A stretch of DNA of 64,000 nt from an uncultured Gammaproteobacteria bacterium. GTDB taxonomy: Bacteria > Patescibacteriota > Microgenomatia > CAYQLK01. Below are positions 48,529-57,852 of the stretch, piece by piece. Under the pieces are notes generated by a model. It saw only the letters and a list, made by a program, of their open reading frames with translations, was not told the DNA's origin and ran no database searches. Every line of letters begins with the position of its first letter. Position 1 is the stretch's first letter. The stretch covers positions 530,736 through 594,735 of the forward strand of contig CAYOLO010000001.1 in the NCBI GenBank assembly GCA_964404855.1, given 5' to 3'. The translations under genes were made by a program, and so were the position numbers.

Positions 48529-51500
48529 ATGAAATATTTAAACAAAATTACCTCTAGAACAAAGAGGATTTTTGTAAACCCTACAATTGAACACATAAAT
48601 CCCTTGAAAAAGGGCTCTATGATCGGTGCAGGTGTAAAAAAGCTCGATAAAGAGTTTATTACCCATACAACACTAATTCACCACAAATCAGCCGTGCACA
48701 CATTCATTTTGTGGCAAAAACTGTTTTTAATGGGGTTAATAGGGATATTTTTAATTGGATTAGCTTTAAATTGGCTGCTTACGTTACAAATATTTGTTGC
48801 ATTTTTAACAGTTATTTATTTTATCGATGTGCTTTTTAATTTGTTTTTAGTCGTAAAAAGCCTACATTTACCACCTGAGCTTGATTTTGATGATAAGGAA
48901 TTAGCCAAAATTAAAGAAAAAGATCTCCCGATTTATACAATCCTCTGCCCAATGTACAAAGAGGCACAAATCATCCCCTCGTTTCTTGAAGCAATTTCAA
49001 AACTTGATTGGCCGAAAAATAAGCTTGATGTACAACTTCTGCTTGAAGAAGATGATTTAGATAGTATTCATACGGCAAAAAATTGGGGTCTACCTAGTTA
49101 TGTCAGAGCGATTATTGTTCCTCATTCACAACCAAAAACCAAACCAAAGGCTTGTAATTACGGATTAAATATCGCTAAGGGTGAATACTTAGTTATTTAT
49201 GATGCTGAGGATATTCCGGACCCAAAACAGCTCAAAAAGGCATATTTAGCCTTTCAGACTGTTGATAAAAATGTCGTTTGTTTGCAGGCTAAGCTTAATT
49301 ATTTCAATCCACACCAAAACTTTATTACTCGATTATTTACTGCTGAGTACTCTCTTTGGTTCGATGTTGTGTTGCCTGGCTTGCAAGGAATTAATACTAA
49401 TATTCCTCTTGGAGGCACAAGTAATCATTTTAGAATCGATGACCTTAAGACTTTAGAAGGTTGGGATCCTTTTAACGTGACCGAAGATTGTGATTTGGGG
49501 GTTAGGCTATTTATGGAGGGCAAAAAAACCGCGGTAATCAACTCAACGACTCTTGAGGAAGCAAATAGTAAGTTTAAAAATTGGCTAAGACAAAGATCAC
49601 GATGGATTAAGGGATATATGCAGACTTATCTGGTCCATATGCGTGATCCCTATCAATTAGTAAAGAAACAAGGAATTCATGCGCTTTTCTTCAATTTAAT
49701 TGTCGGTGGAAAAATCGCGTTTATGTTTATTAATCCGTTTTTGTGGTTAGCCACAATTGGATATTTTGTTTTACATGCGCAACTCGGGGCAATTATCGAA
49801 TCTCTCTACCCTTCTTATATTTTTTATATGGCTTTGTTCAGCTTGGTTTTTGGAAATTTTTTGTACATGTTTTATTACATGATTGGATGTGCCAAGAGAG
49901 GCCACTGGTCGGTTATTAAGTATGTGTACCTTATTCCCTTTTATTGGATTATGACTTCAATTGCGGCAACTATTGCTCTACAGCAGTTGTTTTTCAAGCC
50001 TCATTATTGGGAAAAAACCGTTCATGGATTGCATCTAAGTAACCAAAAAGAGAAAGAACTGGCGGTTGATATGCCGGTATTTATTGATCAAGTAATAGAT
50101 AAAGAAAGAGCGGAAGGCTTCCCTGTTCGAATTATAGGAATCATTGTTTCGATTATCGGTCAACGAAAAGTGATTTTAAGTGGTGGAATGTTGGTTCTTG
50201 CTGGTATTTTTTCAAACTTTGTTAATTTTTTCTTCAACGCCTATCTTGGTAGAAGTTTGAGTTTTGAAGAGTTTGGAGTTTTAAGTTTATTAGGTAGTAT
50301 TTTGTTTATTTCTTCAATACCAATAAATGCTTTAGGATCAACAATTGCACACAAGACAGCGTTTCTTTTTGGAAAACATTCAAAATCATTTGCGCGCTCT
50401 AATTTGGCTTATTATCTAAGATTTTCTATTACATCAGCAATATTAACAACAATTATTTGGATTTTGCTTATTCCCTCGTTGACATCCTACTTTCAACTAG
50501 GGTCATCTATGGCGCTTATTTTATTCACTCCAGTGTGGTCAATTGGACTATTTGGTAGTACTGTGGGTGGTTTTATTGATGGAACCTTGTCTTTCGGTGT
50601 AGCAGCTATAGCATTGGCAGTTGAGGCGGTAACTAAACTTGGATTAGCGATTTTATTTGTTTGGATGGGATTATCTGATTATGTGTTTTTGGCAATTATT
50701 ATTGGATTATTTGTTCATTTGATTATAAATTTAATCTTTGTTCTAAAAGATAAAACGCTTTCAGATGAGCATATCTCAGGTCATTTTGAATTTAAATTTT
50801 ATTTGGCCTCATTTATTAGTGGTTTATCTAAACTAAGTTTTTTAAGTTTGGATGTTATTTTGGCGAAACATTATTTATCACCAGTTGAATCTGGTCAGTA
50901 CGCTCTTCTTAGTTTGACTGGTAAAATTGTATTTTTTGCTGGAACACTTTTTGCTCCTTTTATGCTTCCAATTGTTTCCAAAAAGTTGGGCGCGAACCAG
51001 TCAAGTGTAAAGGTATTTAAATATATTTTTATTTTAACCTTAGTTCCAGTATTACTTGCTTATATTGGACTGGGAGTATTTAGTCAAATCACCATTCCAT
51101 TATTATTTGGTGAGAAAGCTAAAGTTATTATTCCATTCGCCTCAATTTATTTATTTTCAATCGTACTATTTTCTTGTCTTAATCCAGTAATCAGTTACTT
51201 CCAGGCCAAAAGAGATTACATTTTTATTTATCAAGGCATGTTTACCAGCATAATTTTATATATCTTAATTCATTTTTTTCACAGAAGCCTTTCGGAGTTT
51301 GTGTCAATTATTTTTATAGCATCGTCGTTGAATACCATGTTTGCCATTTTGCTTTATATCTTTAATTCACAGGTTAAGTCATTAATTAGTAATTTTAGAG
51401 ATTTAATCGATTTGGCGTTTTCACGGTTTACGAGACAACGAACAAAAGAAAAAGATAAATTACAAATCCTAATTTTTAATTGGAGAGATACAAAACATGT

Positions 51501-52626
51501 TTGGGGTGGTGGAGCAGAGATTTATATACATGAAATTGCTAAAAATTGGGTGCAGAATGGACACCGTGTTACGGTCTTTTGTGGAAATGACAACAAATGT
51601 GACAGAAATGAAGTTATAGATGGTGTTCAGATAGTTCGTCGTGGGGGTTTTTTTACTGTTTATTTATGGGCATTCTTGTATTATGTGCTTAGGTTTCGTG
51701 GCTTGTTCGACGTGGTTATTGATTGTGAGAATGGTATCCCCTTTTTTACACCATTATATGTACGCAAACCAAAGTATTTATTAATTCACCATATTCATCA
51801 GGAGGTTTTTAGACAGCACCTCCGCTGGCCATTTAACTTTTTAGCGATGTTTTTAGAAGCTAGATTAATGCCTGTTGTATATTTTAATCAAAGAGTTATT
51901 ACAGTGTCAGAATCTTCAAAAATTGAAATATTAAAGTTAAAAATTGCAAAGTTTAAATCGATTGATGTTGTTAATCCTGGTGTGAATAATAGTGATTTTA
52001 AAACTAAGGACAAATTTCTAAACCCGACGATTATATATGTTGGAAGATTAAAGCCATACAAAAACATTGATATTGCAATTAATGCTGTTTCGTTGCTAGT
52101 TAAAAAAAATCCAACATTAAAATTTTTAATTGTTGGTAGCGGAGAACATGACATTTATTTAAAAAATATCGTAAAACAAAAAAATCTCACTAGTATTATT
52201 GAGTTTACTGGTTTTGTAGGTGAAGAGAAAAAGAATGAATTATTGGCAAAATCTTGGTTGATGATTCAACCATCGATGATGGAGGGTTGGGGAATAAGTG
52301 TGATTGAAGCCAATGCTGCAGGCACGCCAGTTGTTGCCTCTAATGTTAACGGCTTAAAAGACTCTGTTGTAGATTCAAAAACTGGAATTCTTGTTACTGT
52401 AAAAGACGCTAAAGCTTTGGCTAGTGCAATTGAAAAAGTTATACTTTCAGCTTCACTAAGATCTAGACTGTCAAGAAATGCGTTAGCTTGGGCAAAATTA
52501 TTCGAATGGGATATTAAGTCTAGTCAATTGATTAATATAATTTATAGTAATTTGTTTCTAGATTTACAGAAATCAAAGAGCAAAAAAGTAGCAAAAGAAA
52601 TTTTAAGCTCAGCGACAAATGAATAA
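48529..52626 (+). CDS. 1365-aa triple fusion: processive GT2 synthase (QxxRW) + Wzx/MOP-flippase-like multi-TM module + GT4 glycosyltransferase
   Basis: aa ~120-500 carry D, DxD (DAED) and QRSRW with flanking TMs. aa ~520-990 form ~12 TM with ...SPVESGQYALLSLTGKIVFFAGTLFAPFMLP (Polysacc_synt-like). aa ~1000-1365 carry NWRDTKHVWGGGAEIY...EGWGISVIEANAAGTPVVASNVNG (GT4). Confidence 0.75.
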   Translation: MKYLNKITSRTKRIFVNPTIEHINPLKKGSMIGAGVKKLDKEFITHTTLIHHKSAVHTFILWQKLFLMGLIGIFLIGLALNWLLTLQIFVAFLTVIYFIDVLFNLFLVVKSLHLPPELDFDDKELAKIKEKDLPIYTILCPMYKEAQIIPSFLEAISKLDWPKNKLDVQLLLEEDDLDSIHTAKNWGLPSYVRAIIVPHSQPKTKPKACNYGLNIAKGEYLVIYDAEDIPDPKQLKKAYLAFQTVDKNVVCLQAKLNYFNPHQNFITRLFTAEYSLWFDVVLPGLQGINTNIPLGGTSNHFRIDDLKTLEGWDPFNVTEDCDLGVRLFMEGKKTAVINSTTLEEANSKFKNWLRQRSRWIKGYMQTYLVHMRDPYQLVKKQGIHALFFNLIVGGKIAFMFINPFLWLATIGYFVLHAQLGAIIESLYPSYIFYMALFSLVFGNFLYMFYYMIGCAKRGHWSVIKYVYLIPFYWIMTSIAATIALQQLFFKPHYWEKTVHGLHLSNQKEKELAVDMPVFIDQVIDKERAEGFPVRIIGIIVSIIGQRKVILSGGMLVLAGIFSNFVNFFFNAYLGRSLSFEEFGVLSLLGSILFISSIPINALGSTIAHKTAFLFGKHSKSFARSNLAYYLRFSITSAILTTIIWILLIPSLTSYFQLGSSMALILFTPVWSIGLFGSTVGGFIDGTLSFGVAAIALAVEAVTKLGLAILFVWMGLSDYVFLAIIIGLFVHLIINLIFVLKDKTLSDEHISGHFEFKFYLASFISGLSKLSFLSLDVILAKHYLSPVESGQYALLSLTGKIVFFAGTLFAPFMLPIVSKKLGANQSSVKVFKYIFILTLVPVLLAYIGLGVFSQITIPLLFGEKAKVIIPFASIYLFSIVLFSCLNPVISYFQAKRDYIFIYQGMFTSIILYILIHFFHRSLSEFVSIIFIASSLNTMFAILLYIFNSQVKSLISNFRDLIDLAFSRFTRQRTKEKDKLQILIFNWRDTKHVWGGGAEIYIHEIAKNWVQNGHRVTVFCGNDNKCDRNEVIDGVQIVRRGGFFTVYLWAFLYYVLRFRGLFDVVIDCENGIPFFTPLYVRKPKYLLIHHIHQEVFRQHLRWPFNFLAMFLEARLMPVVYFNQRVITVSESSKIEILKLKIAKFKSIDVVNPGVNNSDFKTKDKFLNPTIIYVGRLKPYKNIDIAINAVSLLVKKNPTLKFLIVGSGEHDIYLKNIVKQKNLTSIIEFTGFVGEEKKNELLAKSWLMIQPSMMEGWGISVIEANAAGTPVVASNVNGLKDSVVDSKTGILVTVKDAKALASAIEKVILSASLRSRLSRNALAWAKLFEWDIKSSQLINIIYSNLFLDLQKSKSKKVAKEILSSATNE

Positions 52627-53518
52627 TTTAAATTTTGTAATTCCATCAACTATTTTCAGAATGTATTACGCATTTATTTTGTTTATTAAGGAATTTACTC
52701 GATCTAAGCCTGTCCTTTTTGATGAAATATCAAATTATAAACTTATTAAGCCTTTAAAACCCTTAAATTCTTTCGACGTATATTCAACTGGATTATATAA
52801 AAAAAATAATAAAAAATTTGTATTAAAAACTTGGAATGGATTATTAAAAGATTCAGCATATTTTAATTTAATAAATGAGTACAAAACACTCGAGCTTTTA
52901 AACGTTTATCTAACTAAATTTAATTTAGGATTCAAAAGTCCAAAAGCAATCGAGATTATATTTGATAAAAACAGTGTTTCGATTGTTATGGAATATATTC
53001 AGGGCATGAATATTAAAAAAGAAAAAATAAATAATAAAATCATTTATTTAAAAAAAATTGAAGATGGATTAAGTCTGTTAAATATCAAAATGAAAAAAAC
53101 AGACACTAGTTTCCTTCCAATTAGAACTCCGTTCTATTTTAGATTATACATAGTTATTTATGGCTTCATTGCATTAGTTTTTAATATAAATAAGACCGTA
53201 GGAATTGTGAAGGTTATGAAATTAGCGTTTTTAAACGTTAATTTATCATCTAAATATTATTTTACTCACGGTGATCTATCGGACGAAAATATAATTAAAA
53301 ACTCTAATGGGCTTTGGTTAATCGATTTTGCTAATTCTGTCATTACAATGCAAGGATTTGACAAGGGGGTAATGTTAACGGGAGCATTCGGCGATGACTC
53401 CATTTGCTTAGTTAAGAGCCAAATAAACCCACTTTTATATGTATTTTTTGTGTTACAAGGATTATTCCCATCAGGAAAATTTTCAAATAATAAAAAATAT
53501 AGTTTAAGCTGCATTTAA
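52619..53518 (+). CDS. protein-kinase-like fold protein (aminoglycoside/LPS-kinase type)
   Basis: VLKTW (beta3 Lys), catalytic-loop-like HGDLSDENII, DFG-like LIDFANS. Confidence 0.5.
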   Translation: MNNLNFVIPSTIFRMYYAFILFIKEFTRSKPVLFDEISNYKLIKPLKPLNSFDVYSTGLYKKNNKKFVLKTWNGLLKDSAYFNLINEYKTLELLNVYLTKFNLGFKSPKAIEIIFDKNSVSIVMEYIQGMNIKKEKINNKIIYLKKIEDGLSLLNIKMKKTDTSFLPIRTPFYFRLYIVIYGFIALVFNINKTVGIVKVMKLAFLNVNLSSKYYFTHGDLSDENIIKNSNGLWLIDFANSVITMQGFDKGVMLTGAFGDDSICLVKSQINPLLYVFFVLQGLFPSGKFSNNKKYSLSCI

Positions 53519-53519
53519 T

Positions 53520-54323
53520 ATGAACTTTTTTAAAGTTAAACAAATTATTTCAATAAGTACACATAGCATATTATTGCCAAAATTATTAGATAAGAATGTT
53601 TTAAGCGTATTGTGTTACCACAGTTTTTCGTTTGACCAAAATCGGTATGCTGTTAATCTTGAAACATTTAAAAGACAGATTAGTGTGATAAAAAAACATT
53701 CGAGAATTATTTCAATCGATGAAGGATACTCAGAAATAAATAATTCAAAGATAAAAAAGCCTGCAGTTGTAGTTACTGTAGACGATGGCTATAAAGATGT
53801 ATTAATGATGGTTGATTTTATGACGAAAAACTCTTTACCAATAACTCTTTTTGTTATTTCTGATCGTAAGAATGCAAATCGAATTGAGTTAGATAACCAA
53901 TTGGAATTATTAACAAATACTGACTTAAAAAAACTTGTGAAGAATCCCCTCGTTACGATTGGATCTCATTCTGTGACTCACTCTAATTTTCTTTCCATTT
54001 CAAAAAAACAATTAGAATTTGAAATTTTTCAATCTAAGAGATCACTTGAGGAACTCTTAGGGGTAAACATAAAATATTTCGCATATCCTAAAGGATTGTT
54101 TAACTCTAGTATCGTTAAAATTGTAAAGAGGGCTGGATATATTGGCGCCTTTACCATTGAAGCGGGATGTATCAGCAAGAATACAGATAAATTTCTAATT
54201 CCTCGGACAATTATTGAAAAGCATCATAATGTATCCGAATTTCCTTCTGTTTATTGTTTGCCAAATTTTTGGCTTAGAAAGGCAACAAATCGATTCAACC
54301 TTTGGGGTAGGCTTCTTAATTAA
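53520..54323 (+). CDS. polysaccharide deacetylase (CE4 / NodB domain)
   Basis: TVDDGYKD (motif 1) and GSHSVTH (motif 2). Confidence 0.7.
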   Translation: MNFFKVKQIISISTHSILLPKLLDKNVLSVLCYHSFSFDQNRYAVNLETFKRQISVIKKHSRIISIDEGYSEINNSKIKKPAVVVTVDDGYKDVLMMVDFMTKNSLPITLFVISDRKNANRIELDNQLELLTNTDLKKLVKNPLVTIGSHSVTHSNFLSISKKQLEFEIFQSKRSLEELLGVNIKYFAYPKGLFNSSIVKIVKRAGYIGAFTIEAGCISKNTDKFLIPRTIIEKHHNVSEFPSVYCLPNFWLRKATNRFNLWGRLLN

Positions 54324-54324
54324 T

Positions 54325-55245
54325 ATGAATTTTAATAATACATATTCTGTTGCTATTCCTGCTCATAATGAAGAGCAAAATATTGCTTTTCTTTTGAAGC
54401 AGGTATTTGCACAAAAAACGGAAAAATTTGAACTAGAAAAAGTCGTTGTCTATTGTGATGGCTGTACGGATAAAACCGTGGAAATTGTAAATTCTCTGTG
54501 TAGTAAATATCCTAAGCTTGTTTGTTTGACCGATATAAAAAGATTAGGAAAGAGTCAAAGGTTAAATATGGCATATAGCGATAATTGTAGTGATTTTTTA
54601 ATTACTTTAGATGCTGACCAGGCTATAGTAGGCATCGATGTATTTACTTGTTTATTAACTAATTTTTCAAATAAGTCTGTTCAACTTGTTTCGGGTAATT
54701 CTTACCCTCTGGAATCAAAAACCTATTTTGGAAAAGTTGTGAGAGCAAAGGAATTAATTTGGTTAAACGCAAGAGAGAATTATAGGAATGGAAACAATAT
54801 CTATAATATTTCTGGATCGATTGTCGTTCTCCGAAAGGGTTTTGCAAAAAAAATAAAATTTCCAAGAAATTTAGTTTCGGATCAACAGTATCTTTTTCTT
54901 AGTTCGAGAAAAATTAACAATGAAGCCTTTGTATTTGAGAAGAATGCAAAGTCTATGTACTACCTGCCGGATAATTTTTTAGATTATATTCAATTCGTTT
55001 CAAGACTAAAAAATGAAAATGATTTGATAAATAAATGTTTTTTGAATATTGAACATGAATATTATATATCTATTAGTTCCAAGATTTTAGGTACGACAAG
55101 ACAGTTTATGCAGGACCCATTATCTACCTTGTTTGCTTTAATTCTGATGTTGATTACCAATAATGTTAATTTGAAGAAATCTAAGCTTAATTCGGCAGTT
55201 TGGGAGCCAGTTATTTCTACCAAAAATATTTATAAGATCAAATAA
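54325..55245 (+). CDS. GT2 glycosyltransferase
   Basis: In-frame ATG at 54325 is preferred over the overlapping upstream start. SVAIPAHNEEQNI...CDGCTDKT...LDADQ. Confidence 0.75.
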   Translation: MNFNNTYSVAIPAHNEEQNIAFLLKQVFAQKTEKFELEKVVVYCDGCTDKTVEIVNSLCSKYPKLVCLTDIKRLGKSQRLNMAYSDNCSDFLITLDADQAIVGIDVFTCLLTNFSNKSVQLVSGNSYPLESKTYFGKVVRAKELIWLNARENYRNGNNIYNISGSIVVLRKGFAKKIKFPRNLVSDQQYLFLSSRKINNEAFVFEKNAKSMYYLPDNFLDYIQFVSRLKNENDLINKCFLNIEHEYYISISSKILGTTRQFMQDPLSTLFALILMLITNNVNLKKSKLNSAVWEPVISTKNIYKIK

Positions 55246-55247
55246 AA

Positions 55248-56165
55248 ATGAAAAAACAAAAACCAACCCTGTCCATTTATTTACCTGCTCACAACGAAGA
55301 GAAGGGAATCGCTCGGACCTTGATGACAATTTTGAATCAGAAGCGGTCGAATTTTACTCTTCAGACTGTTACGGTCCTTTGCGATGGGTGTACAGATTCT
55401 ACAGAGGAAATTGTTAAAAAAATTGGTAAAAAGCATCCTGTAGTTAAGGTAATAAATGATGGCAGAAGACTTGGCAAAGCAGGTAGAATTAGCCATTCTC
55501 ACGCGTTAGCAACAAGTGATATTTTGATAAATATCGACTCAGATTGTTTGCTACCTGACAAGCAATGTCTTGTAGAAGTTGTCAAAAAATTTGATAATCC
55601 TAGAGTTGGATTAGTTGGTGCACATGATTTACCTCTCCCAGCAAGAGGGTTTTTTGAGCATATTGCTGTTTATAATATTAATATCTGGCATCAAATCCGA
55701 AAAAATGTAAATGGTGGAAAAACGTTGCACAATCATCACGGATGCATAACAGCTAAAAGTAAAGCTGTTTACAAAAACGTCATAATTCCCACAAATATTA
55801 TTGCAGACGATGATTTTGTTTTTTTCAGGACACTTGAATTGGGATTTGAATTTGATTATGCTCCCAAAGCGCGAATGTATTATCGTGCACCAACAAATTA
55901 TTCTGACTATATGAAACAACAGGTAAGATTTATTAATCTTAAGAATGAAATCTTTATAACTTTTGGAGAATGGACAAAAGATTATTACCCCATTCCTATG
56001 AATTATAAAATAAAGGGCATACTAGTTTCACTATTAAAAGACCCAATTCTTTTTTCTTTCGCAATATTACTAAATGTATTAATTAGAATGCGAGCAGATT
56101 TAGAAACAATTGACGCTCAAAGTGATGGTACTTGGGAGACGATAAATTCTTCAAAAGATTTGTAA
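55248..56165 (+). CDS. GT2 glycosyltransferase
   Basis: LSIYLPAHNEEKGI...CDGCTDST...IDSDC. Paralogous to the previous gene. Confidence 0.75.
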   Translation: MKKQKPTLSIYLPAHNEEKGIARTLMTILNQKRSNFTLQTVTVLCDGCTDSTEEIVKKIGKKHPVVKVINDGRRLGKAGRISHSHALATSDILINIDSDCLLPDKQCLVEVVKKFDNPRVGLVGAHDLPLPARGFFEHIAVYNINIWHQIRKNVNGGKTLHNHHGCITAKSKAVYKNVIIPTNIIADDDFVFFRTLELGFEFDYAPKARMYYRAPTNYSDYMKQQVRFINLKNEIFITFGEWTKDYYPIPMNYKIKGILVSLLKDPILFSFAILLNVLIRMRADLETIDAQSDGTWETINSSKDL

Positions 56166-56166
56166 T

Positions 56167-57852
56167 ATGAGACATTTTACTAAAACATTACTATTTTTAA
56201 ACAATAGACTGCTAGGCAGAATAACTTATATCACAAGAGCGTTCTCGCCCAATATTAATACAATGAAGAAGTTTTCAAAACCTTATTCGTTCTTTAAAAA
56301 ACTGGTTTTACCAATAATTTTTATATTTATACTGGTAATACTCTTACTTTCTGTTAAAGGAATAAATGGTAATCCAAATGATAATAATCTTAATGACGTT
56401 CAATGGAAGGATTCTGGTCCATTGGAGTTATCGCCAGACAGGGGACGTTTTGCCTTAACATATTCACTTGCAGAAAATCGATCAACTAAGTTTAGTTTGC
56501 CGGTTGCTCGTTTTGCGACTCCTGATTTAGGTTATAAAGATGGAAATTATGTTTCGCTATTTGCACCAGGAGTAAGTTTTATTATCTTGCCTGGATATTT
56601 GATTGGGCGAATATTTGATTTATCCCAGTTTGGATCCTTTCTTATAATTGCGTTTTTTGCATTCATTAATTTTTGGTTAATTTACTTGATTTCAAAGTCA
56701 CTTGGTTCAAAAAAATATTCATCACTTATCGCTGCAGGAATTTTTAGTTTAGCTACTCCTGCATTGGCTTATGGTGGTTCTTTGTATCAGCACCATATTT
56801 CTACATTTTTTATTTTATGTTCAATTTGGATATTATTTCGCTTTAAAAGCGCGTGGTCATTAATACCGATTTGGCTGATGATTGGATCATCTGTAGTGGT
56901 TGATAATCCAAACTTTTTTATGATGTTCCCTATTGGTGTTTTTGCATTGGGACGAGTGGTAAGCTTCGAAAGAATCAGTTCAAGGGTGTCAGTTAAGATA
57001 AAGCCGTTTGTAATTTTTACAGTCTTGATCGTGATATTACCACTAGCTGCGTTTATGTACTTTAATAAACTTTCTTATGGAAGTCCTTTTCAGTTGTCTG
57101 GTACAGTTAAGAGTGTTCAGGAAATTGACATTAATGGCCAACCAGCTAAGTCAAGTTTGATTAGCGAATCGAATGTTGATGTGAGCCTAGATCTGCAAGC
57201 CAGTGAGGAGAAGCATTCTAAGTCGGCGGTAGGTTTTTTCGAATCACGAAACATGTTAAATGGTTTTTATACTCAGTTTTTTAGTCAAGATCGTGGAATT
57301 TTGTTTTTCTCACCAATAATTTTATTAGGATTACTTGGAATAATTATTTCTTACAAAAAATTAAATTCTATTCAAGTACTGTTATTGTCAGTTTTAGCTG
57401 CAAATTTGGCGATTTATGCCATGTGGGGCGATCCTTGGGGAGGTTGGGCTTTTGGTTCTAGATATTTGATACCGGCATATGCCATCCTTGCCATATTTCT
57501 TTCGAGTGTTTTGACAAATTGGAACCGAAAATTCTTGTTTATTTTGCTGATGTATCCAGTGTTAATTTATTCGGTTGGAGTAAATATGGTAGGAGCATTG
57601 ACCTCTAATCGAAATCCCCCAAAGATAGATATTTTGGCATTAGAAAAATTATCAGGTGTGGAGCAAAAATATACAGTTGAGAGAAATTGGGATTATTTAC
57701 AAAAAGACAGTAAGGCGTTTGTTTATAGAGCTTTTTTGAGCGGCAGAGTTAGCCCTATTTTCTATTTTTATACTCTGGCAGGATTATCGGTTGCTATGTT
57801 CACATTTCTGATTGTTGCTAATTATTTTGATAAGACAAAGGAAGAAAAATGA
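56167..57852 (+). CDS. polytopic membrane protein, possible GT-C-type glycosyltransferase
   Basis: 561 aa, ~12 TM. Confidence 0.4.
   Translation: MRHFTKTLLFLNNRLLGRITYITRAFSPNINTMKKFSKPYSFFKKLVLPIIFIFILVILLLSVKGINGNPNDNNLNDVQWKDSGPLELSPDRGRFALTYSLAENRSTKFSLPVARFATPDLGYKDGNYVSLFAPGVSFIILPGYLIGRIFDLSQFGSFLIIAFFAFINFWLIYLISKSLGSKKYSSLIAAGIFSLATPALAYGGSLYQHHISTFFILCSIWILFRFKSAWSLIPIWLMIGSSVVVDNPNFFMMFPIGVFALGRVVSFERISSRVSVKIKPFVIFTVLIVILPLAAFMYFNKLSYGSPFQLSGTVKSVQEIDINGQPAKSSLISESNVDVSLDLQASEEKHSKSAVGFFESRNMLNGFYTQFFSQDRGILFFSPIILLGLLGIIISYKKLNSIQVLLLSVLAANLAIYAMWGDPWGGWAFGSRYLIPAYAILAIFLSSVLTNWNRKFLFILLMYPVLIYSVGVNMVGALTSNRNPPKIDILALEKLSGVEQKYTVERNWDYLQKDSKAFVYRAFLSGRVSPIFYFYTLAGLSVAMFTFLIVANYFDKTKEEK

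Noticed and set aside
54214-54324. Upstream extension of the GT2 ORF (start 54214) overlapping the CE4 gene by 110 nt. Similarly 62032-62100 upstream of the epimerase and 44748-44771 upstream of the SDR
   Set aside because: In-frame ATG/SD-supported starts at 54325, 62101 and 44772 remove the overlaps and begin at the conserved N-terminal motifs.
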